Position numbers and translations under genes: made by a program. The notes under the pieces were generated by a model, which did no database searches, was not told the origin of the DNA, and saw nothing but the letters and a program-made list of their open reading frames with translations. This document shows positions 20,727-29,600 of a stretch of DNA of 64,000 nt, one piece after another. The stretch comes from Minisyncoccia bacterium (GTDB lineage Bacteria > Patescibacteriota > Minisyncoccia > UBA6257 > 2-01-FULL-56-20): NCBI GenBank assembly GCA_049997875.1, contig JBEKRC010000001.1:236609-300608 (forward strand), written 5' to 3'. The first letter of the stretch is position 1. Every line of letters starts with the position of its first letter.

Positions 20727-21427
20727 CGGCCAACACCTGCCATACGTTGGGCGTTAATGGTGCTATAAAAAAACGAGCCCAGAGGATCTTTTCCCTGGGC
20801 TTTGGGGGCATGCATCTCGGCTTTCTCGATCGCGTTTCTCCTTGGCGAGCTGGGCGAGGGAGGAGATGGACGATACGGCGCTTTGTATATGCGTATGCGC
20901 TTTGCCGTGTCTTTTACAACCTCCTTCAACTGGTCGTCCGAGGGTTCCTCGTCCAATATCTGCCCGAGGTTCTTCTCCATGCTGTGGAGCTGGAGCCAGA
21001 GAGACCTCCAGTGTCCCATGTCATTTTTATTTTTACTGGAGGCGATACCAGGGCATTCTTCCTTCCGAAGCTTTCCTAGAATGCATCCCGGTACCTTTTC
21101 GCTGAGTGTGTCGAGGGCCGCTAGGTGCGCGATGACCATGTCGCCCATCCCCCGCGCAGCGAGGTCGGTCTTTTCAACGAACTCACAATACGCCTTCTCA
21201 ATTTCGCTCTGCGAAGATGTGGGCTTGTCCACCAGTCCTTTGAGAGTGGCGAAGCTTTCTCGGAAAGCTTTACTTGCCTTCCCATAAGCCTCAAGATCCT
21301 CTTGGAAAGATTCGAGCGCTCCGTCGCTCTCATCCCAAACGGTGATTTGAGCAACCGCTCGAACGGGTGGCCCCCACATCAACAACGCAGCAGTCACTAT
21401 CATCCAACAAGAAAGATGTTTTTCCAT
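20723..21427 (-). CDS. Hypothetical secreted helical protein
   Basis: GAGG RBS, signal-peptide-like N-terminus (..VRAVA), amphipathic helices. Confidence 0.55.
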   Translation of the reverse strand: MEKHLSCWMIVTAALLMWGPPVRAVAQITVWDESDGALESFQEDLEAYGKASKAFRESFATLKGLVDKPTSSQSEIEKAYCEFVEKTDLAARGMGDMVIAHLAALDTLSEKVPGCILGKLRKEECPGIASSKNKNDMGHWRSLWLQLHSMEKNLGQILDEEPSDDQLKEVVKDTAKRIRIYKAPYRPSPPSPSSPRRNAIEKAEMHAPKAQGKDPLGSFFYSTINAQRMAGVGR

Positions 21428-21570
21428 TGCCTCTCACCTCTTCGATAAGATAGATTTGACGCGTAGCACCTTACGCTACTGCCCATATTATGCATGAATT
21501 TTCAAAAAAATCAAGTCGGCGATTAGTTTTACTTTTTTCGTGTTTCCGTCGTATTATAGATATACCGTTT

Positions 21571-22482
21571 ATGGCTAATCTTTACACGTATCAATCTGCG
21601 AACGTCCGCAGAACATGGGTTTTGTTCGTGGTATTTTTCGTCGTGGTCGTGGGTATCGGGTATGTTTTCTCGCAGGCGTACGGTGATCCGAGCTTCATTG
21701 TGTTCGCGCTGATCTTCAGCGTCGTCTATTCGCTCATCAGCTACTATTCTTCCGCGGCCATTGCGCTTTCGCTCGCGCGCGCGAAGCCCATTGAGAAAAG
21801 CGACAATCCGATGCTCTACAATATTGTGGAAAATCTTTGCATCGCCTCGGGCCTGCCGATGCCGAAACTCTACCTCACGCCCGAGATGCAGATCAATGCG
21901 TTTGCGACCGGGCGCGACCCGCAGCATGCGGCGGTCGCGGTCACGCAGGGCGCGCTCGCGCGCCTGAATAAGGACGAGCTGCAAGGAGTGCTTGCCCACG
22001 AGCTTTCGCACGTGGGCAACCGCGACATCCTTGTATCCACCGTCGCCGCGATCCTCGCCGGTATCATCGCGCTCATCGCCGACCTCTTTTTGCGGTCGCT
22101 TTTCATGGGGGGCATGGGACTTGGCGGCGGGCGGCGTGGCGGTAATAGCGAGTCCGGAGAAATATTTTTCATTTTCGCGATCGTGCTCTCAATTTTGGCG
22201 CCGATTGGTACGATGTTGATTCAGCTTGCGATCTCGCGCCGCCGTGAGGCGCTTGCGGATGCTTCGGGCGTGCTCCTTACGCGCTATCCCGAGGGGTTGA
22301 TCTCGGCATTAGAGAAGATTGGGCAGGACAACGTGCCTATGCGTTCCGCGAAGGATTCCACCGCGCATATGTGGCTTGATAATCCCTTTAAGGGCTCGCA
22401 GACCTCGTGGTGGCACAAGCTTTTCATGACCCATCCGCCGATTGAGGAGCGGATCGCCGCGCTCCGCGCGCTTTCAGTCTAA
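21571..22482 (+). CDS. htpX: HtpX M48 zinc metalloprotease
   Basis: NAFATG, HELSH, SRRRE..AD, THPP. Confidence 0.95.
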   Translation: MANLYTYQSANVRRTWVLFVVFFVVVVGIGYVFSQAYGDPSFIVFALIFSVVYSLISYYSSAAIALSLARAKPIEKSDNPMLYNIVENLCIASGLPMPKLYLTPEMQINAFATGRDPQHAAVAVTQGALARLNKDELQGVLAHELSHVGNRDILVSTVAAILAGIIALIADLFLRSLFMGGMGLGGGRRGGNSESGEIFFIFAIVLSILAPIGTMLIQLAISRRREALADASGVLLTRYPEGLISALEKIGQDNVPMRSAKDSTAHMWLDNPFKGSQTSWWHKLFMTHPPIEERIAALRALSV

Positions 22483-22488
22483 CGAACC

Positions 22489-23181
22489 ATGCGATACTCG
22501 TTCGGAAAAACAGTGGTGGTGGCCCTCGGCGGCTCTATTGTTTATCCGGACGAGATTGATACGGTATTCGTCAAACAATTCAAAAGATTTGTGGCGTCGT
22601 TCCTTCGTCGCGGCATGAAGTTTGTGCTCGTACTTGGCGGCGGCAAGCTGTGCCGCAATTTTCAGGCAGCGGCCGGGAAGATAGCAAAGGTGACCAACGA
22701 GGATAAAGATTGGATCGGCATCCATGCAACGCGTCTCAATGCTCATCTCTTGCGCACCATCTTCCGCGAGATTGCGGACCCGGTGATTGTTGACGCGCGT
22801 GTGAAGGTGAGGAAGCCAAGGTACCCGATTACGATTGCTTCGGGCTGGCGGCCTGGCTGGTCCACGGATTACGTCGCAATTCGCGTCGCGGCGGATCTTG
22901 GCGTACGCGAAGTTGTCGTCGCAGGGAAACCCGCGCATGTGTACGACAAAGACCACGCGAAGCATGCTGACGCGAAACCGTTCCACGCGCTCACATGGCG
23001 CGAGTATCGGCGGCTCATCCCGCGGAAGTGGAAGCCGGGCCTCCACGCGCCGGTTGATCCCGTGGGTGCCGCGCTCGCCGCGCGCGAGGGCGTGAAAGCG
23101 ATCATCATAGACGGCCGCAATCTCCCGAACTTCCGCGGCCTCTTGAACGGAAAGGATTTTCAGGGCACAATAATCGGGTAG
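22489..23181 (+). CDS. pyrH: UMP kinase (archaeal-type)
   Basis: ALGGS, GGGK, IGI.ATRLNA, PGWSTD, GTII. Confidence 0.9.
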   Translation: MRYSFGKTVVVALGGSIVYPDEIDTVFVKQFKRFVASFLRRGMKFVLVLGGGKLCRNFQAAAGKIAKVTNEDKDWIGIHATRLNAHLLRTIFREIADPVIVDARVKVRKPRYPITIASGWRPGWSTDYVAIRVAADLGVREVVVAGKPAHVYDKDHAKHADAKPFHALTWREYRRLIPRKWKPGLHAPVDPVGAALAAREGVKAIIIDGRNLPNFRGLLNGKDFQGTIIG

Positions 23182-23195
23182 TTTTGAAGACCAAC

Positions 23196-23280
23196 GGAGG
23201 CGTCGCATAGTGGCCTAGTGCACGCGCTTGGAGAGCGCGCATGCCGAAAGGCATCAGAGGTTCGAATCCTCTCGCCTCCG
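23196..23280 (+). tRNA. tRNA-Ser(GGA), CCA not encoded
   Basis: GGAGGCG acceptor, CGCGC-TTGGAGA-GCGCG anticodon arm, long variable arm, GGTTCGAATCC. Confidence 0.95.
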
Positions 23281-23359
23281 CGGAATTGAGCACTAGTTCG
23301 AGAGACCGCCCCGCCCATGGTGGCAGGGCGACCAAGGCGCATTAAGCTATAATAGAGAT

Positions 23360-23800
23360 ATGACCATTCCTGATTCGAGCGTTCGGAAGATAGTGAATTT
23401 TTTGAAAATTTTCTACCTCGTAATCGGCTGTCTAATGATTCTTCTTTTAATCCCTCTATACATCACCCTTCAGGGTGTTCCCAAGACCGAGCCGATTTCA
23501 GCAGCGCTGAATCCCGCCATTTTTCTCTCGAATATCGCTACAGGCTTGTATTATCTGGTCATTTTCTTCCTATTACGCAGCAAACGCTCTTGGGTTCCCA
23601 TCGTGATGGTTGTATTGAGTGCCGCCTCACTATTAGACATTGCGAGACCTCTGATTAACGGAATTGTAAATTACCCCATCTATTATGCGGACTGGCTTTT
23701 CCGATGGACGCCGCCTTTCTATATTTTGGCGGCTTGTCTGCTCATCTTCCAAATCTATTTTTTCTTACAATCAGGAGTTAAGAATTACTTTAAGAGCTAG
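23360..23800 (+). CDS. Hypothetical 4-TM membrane protein (AT-richer, after tRNA)
   Basis: Four hydrophobic segments; TATAAT 6 nt before ATG. Confidence 0.6.
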   Translation: MTIPDSSVRKIVNFLKIFYLVIGCLMILLLIPLYITLQGVPKTEPISAALNPAIFLSNIATGLYYLVIFFLLRSKRSWVPIVMVVLSAASLLDIARPLINGIVNYPIYYADWLFRWTPPFYILAACLLIFQIYFFLQSGVKNYFKS

Positions 23801-23929
23801 CGACCTACCCACCTCAAACGGCTCGCTTTCTAAAAGCCTGTAAAGGCTTACTAGATATCGGTTCTAGACCGGGACACACCGCAAGTCAGTCGCCTTTTGA
23901 CGAGGGCGGTTTTTTGGTAGAGTAGGAAT

Positions 23930-24472
23930 ATGAAGGTCAAAACATTCGGCGGAAAGAAACTGGCGATTAGGACGATGAGAAACGCAGACCTTACGAGGGC
24001 AAGGGATTTTCAATCTTTCATCAACTCTCTTGTTGGGGAAGACGTGAAGATTTTGATTGATAAGAAAATGACACTGAAAGACGAAGCGGAGTTTCTGCGC
24101 AAGGCGCTAAAGGGAGTCAAGAAGAGAACGAGGGTTCAACTCGTTGCCGAGCACGGGGATAAGATTGTCGGCGTGGCGCACGTTGAGCTCGGAAGATACA
24201 AGAAGAACCACATAGGCAATTTCGGCATTTCAATCATCGGCGGTTATAGGGGCTTGGGTTTGGGCAGTTGCTTGACGTCCGAACTTATTAAGTTAGCCCG
24301 GAAGGAACTGAAGCCGAGGCCAAAAATCATTCAATTGGAAGTCTACGCCAACAACAAGCCGGCGATAGGCCTGTATAAGAAGATGGGCTTTAAAACGGTA
24401 GCTCGGCTGCCAAAGCAAATTCAACACAAAGGGAAACTGGTTGATGCATTGATAATGCTAAAGTATGCGTAG
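23930..24472 (+). CDS. GNAT N-acetyltransferase
   Basis: YRGLGLG, LEVYANNKPAIGLYKKMGF. Confidence 0.9.
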   Translation: MKVKTFGGKKLAIRTMRNADLTRARDFQSFINSLVGEDVKILIDKKMTLKDEAEFLRKALKGVKKRTRVQLVAEHGDKIVGVAHVELGRYKKNHIGNFGISIIGGYRGLGLGSCLTSELIKLARKELKPRPKIIQLEVYANNKPAIGLYKKMGFKTVARLPKQIQHKGKLVDALIMLKYA

Positions 24473-24513
24473 AGGAAGTTGCCGGGAGACCTTGCGTTTC
24501 ATATAATGCGAGT

Positions 24514-24912
24514 ATGCCAAAACATTCGCACATAGAGGAACCCCAAGGGTTGCCGGAGGAGTTGCCCGGCTACGCAGAATATCTGGCGAAAGAAGGAGAA
24601 TTTCCGCCGGAACTCGCGCCGTACCCGATTGGAGGCAAATTTGAGATACCAAAAAAAGGGGAACTTGCGAGGGAAGGGGCGCTTGAAAGAATTTTCATTT
24701 GTCGGTATTACCCCCGTTGCAAGGGGAAGCAGCCGTTTAGCTTGAGGATCACGGATTTCGATACCCCTTCTGGCACCCCAGTAACCAGGTGCCAGTGCAA
24801 TCTGAACCCGCGGCATCGCTGGGCAATTCAGTGGGATTCCAGGGAGCTGGAGAGCGGGCGCGTTATTGAAGATCCCGACGCGCCGGCGTTTGAATTTTCG
24901 GAACAGTCCTAG
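24514..24912 (+). CDS. Hypothetical protein with possible Cys/His metal site
   Basis: C-x5-C and CQC..H; TATAAT 6 nt upstream of ATG. Confidence 0.5.
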   Translation: MPKHSHIEEPQGLPEELPGYAEYLAKEGEFPPELAPYPIGGKFEIPKKGELAREGALERIFICRYYPRCKGKQPFSLRITDFDTPSGTPVTRCQCNLNPRHRWAIQWDSRELESGRVIEDPDAPAFEFSEQS

Positions 24913-26090
24913 CGCTGGTTGGTTTGACCGCCGCGTGCGCCGTCTGCGCTGCGTCCGCCGCCGAAGCGTGCAAGCGCGAAATCTACGAGTGCATCAGCGA
25001 CTTCGTTCTCTGCTTCGCCGTTTTTCCTGAACGTGTGAATGAGGATGTTCGGGAGGGTGTTGAGTTCCAGGATTGCGGCGGTTTGGCCCTTGAGCGGTCG
25101 CGCGTGATCGCGAAGAAGGATGTCAATACCGACGAGCGGCAGGCGGAAGTGTTTTGCAATGGCGCGGCCCATGGCGACGATGTCGCGATGCACTTCGGCA
25201 ATGGGAACCTTTTCTATTTTTGATCCAAGCGCGAGGATGGCCTTGCGCTGGAGGAATATCTTTTTTCCCTTTGCGATGAGCGAATCAAGGCCGACCCCTT
25301 GTTCTTCGAGAACGGTCTTGTCAAGATTTTTTTGATTGAATTTTATTTTGCGGATGAGCGCTCGGAGCGTGCTTTTCCCGTCGCCCATGACCTCGGCGGG
25401 GAGGCGCTTCACGACGAACATTTCCTTGCCGTCCACGATCGTGATGCGGTAGAGCGTGGCGTCGGGAACGAATTTTTCCACCATGAAGACTGGGGAGTAT
25501 GCGTTCACACCGCGGAGCGCCGGCAGGAGTTCGGAGGCGCTCTTTACGATGAAGAGATGCTGGCTCAACGATCCCTTGCGCGGTTTTACGACGACGGGGT
25601 ATTCCAGCGTTGCCGCGTAGCGCGCCGCTTTGCGTTTTTGGAACCACCAGAAGGACCTTCCCGTCGCGACCGGATAGCCCAGCGTGCGGAGCGCTTTTTT
25701 CGTGTGCCATTTGTCGTCCGCAGCGAGGGAGTTCGCGGAGGCGCCGGGAAGGCGGTCAAATTCGTACGACCGCCCTCCGATGCGCATCCGGAAAAACGTG
25801 AGATAGCCGAAAGGGCCCCGCAGGGCTTCAAATTCTATTCCTCTCGCCCTGCCGCGTTGTATAAAAAGCGCCGCAATGGGATTTATCTCGTTAAGCAGGA
25901 ATTCTTTTTCCTTCCGCACGATGCCGGTAAGAACAAAACAGTCGGTGATTGCCTTTTCAAAAAACTGTGAATTAAAAAAAGACGGCGTTATGCGTTCAAA
26001 GGGAGGATAGAACAGGAGTTCCAGAAGGTCGTTGAACCAGTTCTCAAAGTGCCGCGGCGGGAACGGAAAGCAATGTTCGCAATATGCCAT
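24909..26090 (-). CDS. ATP-grasp protein (cyanophycin synthetase/GshF-like ATP-grasp domain)
   Basis: DDKW.TK..L, YPVVVKP, MVEKF, V.GDG.ST, GIDI, LELNTLP. Confidence 0.8.
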   Translation of the reverse strand: MAYCEHCFPFPPRHFENWFNDLLELLFYPPFERITPSFFNSQFFEKAITDCFVLTGIVRKEKEFLLNEINPIAALFIQRGRARGIEFEALRGPFGYLTFFRMRIGGRSYEFDRLPGASANSLAADDKWHTKKALRTLGYPVATGRSFWWFQKRKAARYAATLEYPVVVKPRKGSLSQHLFIVKSASELLPALRGVNAYSPVFMVEKFVPDATLYRITIVDGKEMFVVKRLPAEVMGDGKSTLRALIRKIKFNQKNLDKTVLEEQGVGLDSLIAKGKKIFLQRKAILALGSKIEKVPIAEVHRDIVAMGRAIAKHFRLPLVGIDILLRDHARPLKGQTAAILELNTLPNILIHTFRKNGEAENEVADALVDFALARFGGGRSADGARGGQTNQR

Positions 26091-26148
26091 GCGTTATGAT
26101 GGTATTCTTGCAGTTTCCGCGGCGGCTGTAAATCTGCTCTCTGCGAAT

Positions 26149-27681
26149 CTACGCGAACCCTGGGAAGAAGTCGGTTTTGATGTGGCGGCCGGGAATATGC
26201 ATCTCACGGAGCGTTTCGCGGAGCGAAGTCACCATCGCGCGTGTCCCGGAAATATAAAAAGTCCGGTCGCGATAATCAGGGATTGCCTTTGCGATAAGGT
26301 TGGCATTGATGCGCCCACGGTAGAGGCCTTCCGGAAGCGGCCCGTCGGCGCCCGTCACAGTGTAGATGGTGCGGAGCCCGATCGTGCGTGCCGCCTCGTC
26401 AAATATTTCTGGGTACGAAATCTCGTCCGCCGTGCGGTTGGAATAAAAGAGCACGATATCCCGCTTTTCTTCACGGTCCACGAGATATTTGACCATGCTG
26501 CGGAAGGGCGTGATGCCGATGCCACCGGCGAGGAAGACAAGTTTTCTGTGTTTATCTTTCGGCAGCACAAAATCTCCCGCGAGTTGGCCGCCCACAATTT
26601 CGTCGCCCGGCTGCAGGGTGAGCATGCGCTTTTTGAAACTGCTCGAGGACTCGTAAAATTTCACGCCGAGGTGCAGGGCGGGCTCGGTGGGCGACGAGGC
26701 GACGGTGAAGTAACGCCGGTTGCCGCGGCTGTCGCTTTTTTTATGCCCCAAAGTCCACTCCATGTATTGGCCGGGGCGGAAAGAGATCGGTCCGTCCGTC
26801 GCGAACGCGAAATCGTACGTACTGGTACCAGCCGGCACTTTCTTTTTGAGTGAGAACACGTATTTCCCCTTCGGGCTTATGAAATAGGAAAAAACGTTGC
26901 CAACAAGGAGCGCGAGTTCCGGTGTGGAATAAACGGAGCCGAGATGGATTGCGGGCGCGAAGAGGAGTCCGACGAGCGCCCCGTAGGCGATTCTCCCCGT
27001 GCGCGTGGGAGGAGTCGTCAAAGGTTCCGTGAGCATCACTGATGCAAAAAAGAAAATCGGCGTATGGAGGAATATTTTTTGGAGCGTGGTCACGGGATCA
27101 GAGGTGGTGTTCGTAAGCACGGTGGTCGCGAGGCCGACGAGGAGAAAGCTAAAGACAAGATCAAATCGCCGGATTTTCCGCACGATGAGAAATCCGCCGA
27201 TCAAGACAAAGGCGAGCGTGGGCAGGTTCCCGCCGATCCACCAGTTAGCGGATTGATTGATGGTGAGCGCGGTGAGCGCGACCGCAAAGGCCGCCGGATT
27301 GAACAAGTGTTTTTTCTTGATCGCGAGCATGTATTTACATGCCATCGCCCACACCGCCGCCCAAATAAGGAACGAAAGGCCTGCCATATCGGCGATAATG
27401 CCAGAGGGCGCAACGGGAGCAATGATGAGCGCCAAAATGAGCGCCGTAATATACACCGACTCCACGTTCGGCTGTGCGCCGAAGGTTTTTGCAAAAAGCT
27501 GGTTCGTAATCCATGCGACCACAAGGAGCACTGCGGTGGAAAAGGCGATCGCAGCGGGCGAATAGGGAAGGATGCCCAGCGCACCGAATGCGGCGGCGAT
27601 TGCAAGGAACGCAGCGAGCACATAGAGCAGGAGCCGGTACATCGTGATCTGGTTGAGGAAGCTATCTATTGCGTTGAGCAT
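26149..27681 (-). CDS. NqrB/RnfD-like membrane domain fused to a ferredoxin-NADP-reductase-like domain
   Basis: KHLFNPAA and MLTEPLTTP (RnfD-like); RYFTVASSP and AGGIGITPF (FNR). Confidence 0.85.
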   Translation of the reverse strand: MLNAIDSFLNQITMYRLLLYVLAAFLAIAAAFGALGILPYSPAAIAFSTAVLLVVAWITNQLFAKTFGAQPNVESVYITALILALIIAPVAPSGIIADMAGLSFLIWAAVWAMACKYMLAIKKKHLFNPAAFAVALTALTINQSANWWIGGNLPTLAFVLIGGFLIVRKIRRFDLVFSFLLVGLATTVLTNTTSDPVTTLQKIFLHTPIFFFASVMLTEPLTTPPTRTGRIAYGALVGLLFAPAIHLGSVYSTPELALLVGNVFSYFISPKGKYVFSLKKKVPAGTSTYDFAFATDGPISFRPGQYMEWTLGHKKSDSRGNRRYFTVASSPTEPALHLGVKFYESSSSFKKRMLTLQPGDEIVGGQLAGDFVLPKDKHRKLVFLAGGIGITPFRSMVKYLVDREEKRDIVLFYSNRTADEISYPEIFDEAARTIGLRTIYTVTGADGPLPEGLYRGRINANLIAKAIPDYRDRTFYISGTRAMVTSLRETLREMHIPGRHIKTDFFPGFA

Positions 27682-28420
27682 ATTTTTCAAATCCTTTCGT
27701 CATGGTCGCTGTTTTGTTTCTATCTATCATATATGCTTCAAAACCATCCAGTTTCCCTATAAAACGAATGCCCGCGCGGCCCATAGCAAACGCGGCGGTC
27801 GCGAAGCGGTCCGCTTCATAGATGTCGGACGCGATGACGGTCAAACTTACGATCTCATCCGCTGCCTCACCCGTTTTGGGATTATAAATGTGCGCGCCGC
27901 GGATGTAGATTCCCGAGGTCGCGATGCCCTCGCCGCTTGCGTACACCACTTTCACATTTTCGTTCTCATTCCACGGATTCTTGATCCCCACTGCCCATTT
28001 TTTACCCTCCGCGTTCGTGCCGCGGGTTTGGATGTCGCCGCCCGCGTCCACGTAGAAATTTTTGAAGCCACGTTTTTCTATCAGGTCCGCGGCATTCCGG
28101 ATTGCCCACCCTTTTACTATTCCCGACGGATCATACGTGCCGTCCGGCCGCCGGATGTCAAAGTAGCCATCCGTGAGCTGTTTCGTCTCTTCGGCAAGCT
28201 CAAAGATCGTTTTCATGTCCTCACTCCAGTCGCGTGCGCTCAGCCGCCCTTCGTTGATCGCGGTGATCTCGCTCATGTTTTTGTAGGTGCTGATTTTTTC
28301 GTCTATATATTTGAAATAATTGAACGCCACCCGCACGGCTTCTTCCGCGCCTTTCGTGTCTGCTGCATCCGCGATCTCCACCGTGATCGGCATGCCCATA
28401 AGGATTCGTGTTTCTTTCAT
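27662..28420 (-). CDS. apbE: FAD:protein FMN transferase ApbE
   Basis: MG..I, DPSGIVKGW, DAGGD, IATSG, HIYNP.TG, AD..ATA. Confidence 0.92.
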   Translation of the reverse strand: MKETRILMGMPITVEIADAADTKGAEEAVRVAFNYFKYIDEKISTYKNMSEITAINEGRLSARDWSEDMKTIFELAEETKQLTDGYFDIRRPDGTYDPSGIVKGWAIRNAADLIEKRGFKNFYVDAGGDIQTRGTNAEGKKWAVGIKNPWNENENVKVVYASGEGIATSGIYIRGAHIYNPKTGEAADEIVSLTVIASDIYEADRFATAAFAMGRAGIRFIGKLDGFEAYMIDRNKTATMTKGFEKYAQRNR

Positions 28421-28450
28421 CGCTATTGTCCCGCTCGCCGCGTGCGGCAG

Positions 28451-29044
28451 CTACGCCTTTGCCGCCGCGAGCGCCGAAGCGAGCGATTGCCGGAACGCCT
28501 CGCTTGATTGCGTGGCGCCCGAGACAATATTCACATTCGCGCTCTGCGCCTTGATCGCTTCCCGCACGAGCTGTGGCATTGCGGCGTCATTGATTGAGCG
28601 CGAAGTGCCGCGGTCACTCGGATATTGCAGAACCTGTACGTCGCTTAGCTGACCGCCCTGGATAATGGCTTTCACCTGGACATCGCCGTAGTACGCGTCG
28701 GCCACACTTCCAGTGTACGAGCCGTCCTTATACATGCCGGCAGTTTGTGCCGGCGCCGGGGTTGGCGTTTGTGTTGTCGCCGGTGTCGGCGCAGGCACAG
28801 GTGCCGGCGTTGCGGTTCCTCCCTCCTCCGAGCCATTGTCCTCCGTCTGGCCCGTTGCGCCGCTGCCCGCGCTCCTTTGTGTCGGCTCGGCGGGTAAGCT
28901 CGCTGCGCTGTTCGCATTGGCGCCAGTGTTTGCCGTTATCGGCGCGCCGCTCGCGGGGCCGACGTCCACGGAAATCTGATTGTTGAGCATAACGTAAAAC
29001 GCGAACGCAATGACAAGGAAGAAAGACAAAAGGTATTTTTTCAT
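28451..29044 (-). CDS. Membrane-anchored FMN-binding protein
   Basis: TM, Pro/Thr linker, YKDGSYTG, VSGATQSS flavinylation motif. Confidence 0.9.
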   Translation of the reverse strand: MKKYLLSFFLVIAFAFYVMLNNQISVDVGPASGAPITANTGANANSAASLPAEPTQRSAGSGATGQTEDNGSEEGGTATPAPVPAPTPATTQTPTPAPAQTAGMYKDGSYTGSVADAYYGDVQVKAIIQGGQLSDVQVLQYPSDRGTSRSINDAAMPQLVREAIKAQSANVNIVSGATQSSEAFRQSLASALAAAKA

Positions 29045-29207
29045 TGGATAATTATACGACAAGCGCGGGGGAATTGGTGCCAGTGTTCCCGTGCGCAGGA
29101 TTTAGAACTGGGTCGGATATTTATCCCAACCTGAAGCTGCAAAAGTTTGTAGATTCGGGTTGAGATGGGGCCGAGACGGCCCCATCGGTCGCAACATTCT
29201 GGCGCCG

Positions 29208-29483
29208 TCACCCAATAATTCGGTGGAAAAGATGGGTTGCCAGTGACGCCAGCGAAAGGATGATGAGGATGTTCCCTGCCCAGCGGATAGCTACAACCCA
29301 CAGTGGGCAGGGCGGTCCATTTACCACTGCGACTATCACGTTGTCGGGCGTTCTTTGGCCTGGGGGCGGGAGCATTGCATTGAATACAGTCCTTGCAATA
29401 CTGGCCGCGATCGGCCTCAATAAGATTCCGGTGGCCAGGAGGAAAACTCCCCACTTCCACGATATCTGCGAGAGAATATGCAT
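29208..29483 (-). CDS. Small hypothetical 2-TM membrane protein
   Basis: Two hydrophobic helices; GGGGG RBS-like run; upstream TTGACT..TATAGT. Confidence 0.45.
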   Translation of the reverse strand: MHILSQISWKWGVFLLATGILLRPIAASIARTVFNAMLPPPGQRTPDNVIVAVVNGPPCPLWVVAIRWAGNILIILSLASLATHLFHRIIG

Positions 29484-29600
29484 AGAGACACCCCCGTGTC
29501 GGCTTACTTAAGACAAATTGCTTTCCGCAGAAACTATAACTCGCGAGATTGCAAAGTCAAATGTTGCTTGACCCTGCGGAATGTGCTTCTGTACAATTGA

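Noticed and set aside
29062-29200. FMN riboswitch upstream of the flavinylation operon
   Set aside because: No RFN consensus, and the -10 box lies between the hairpins and the ATG.
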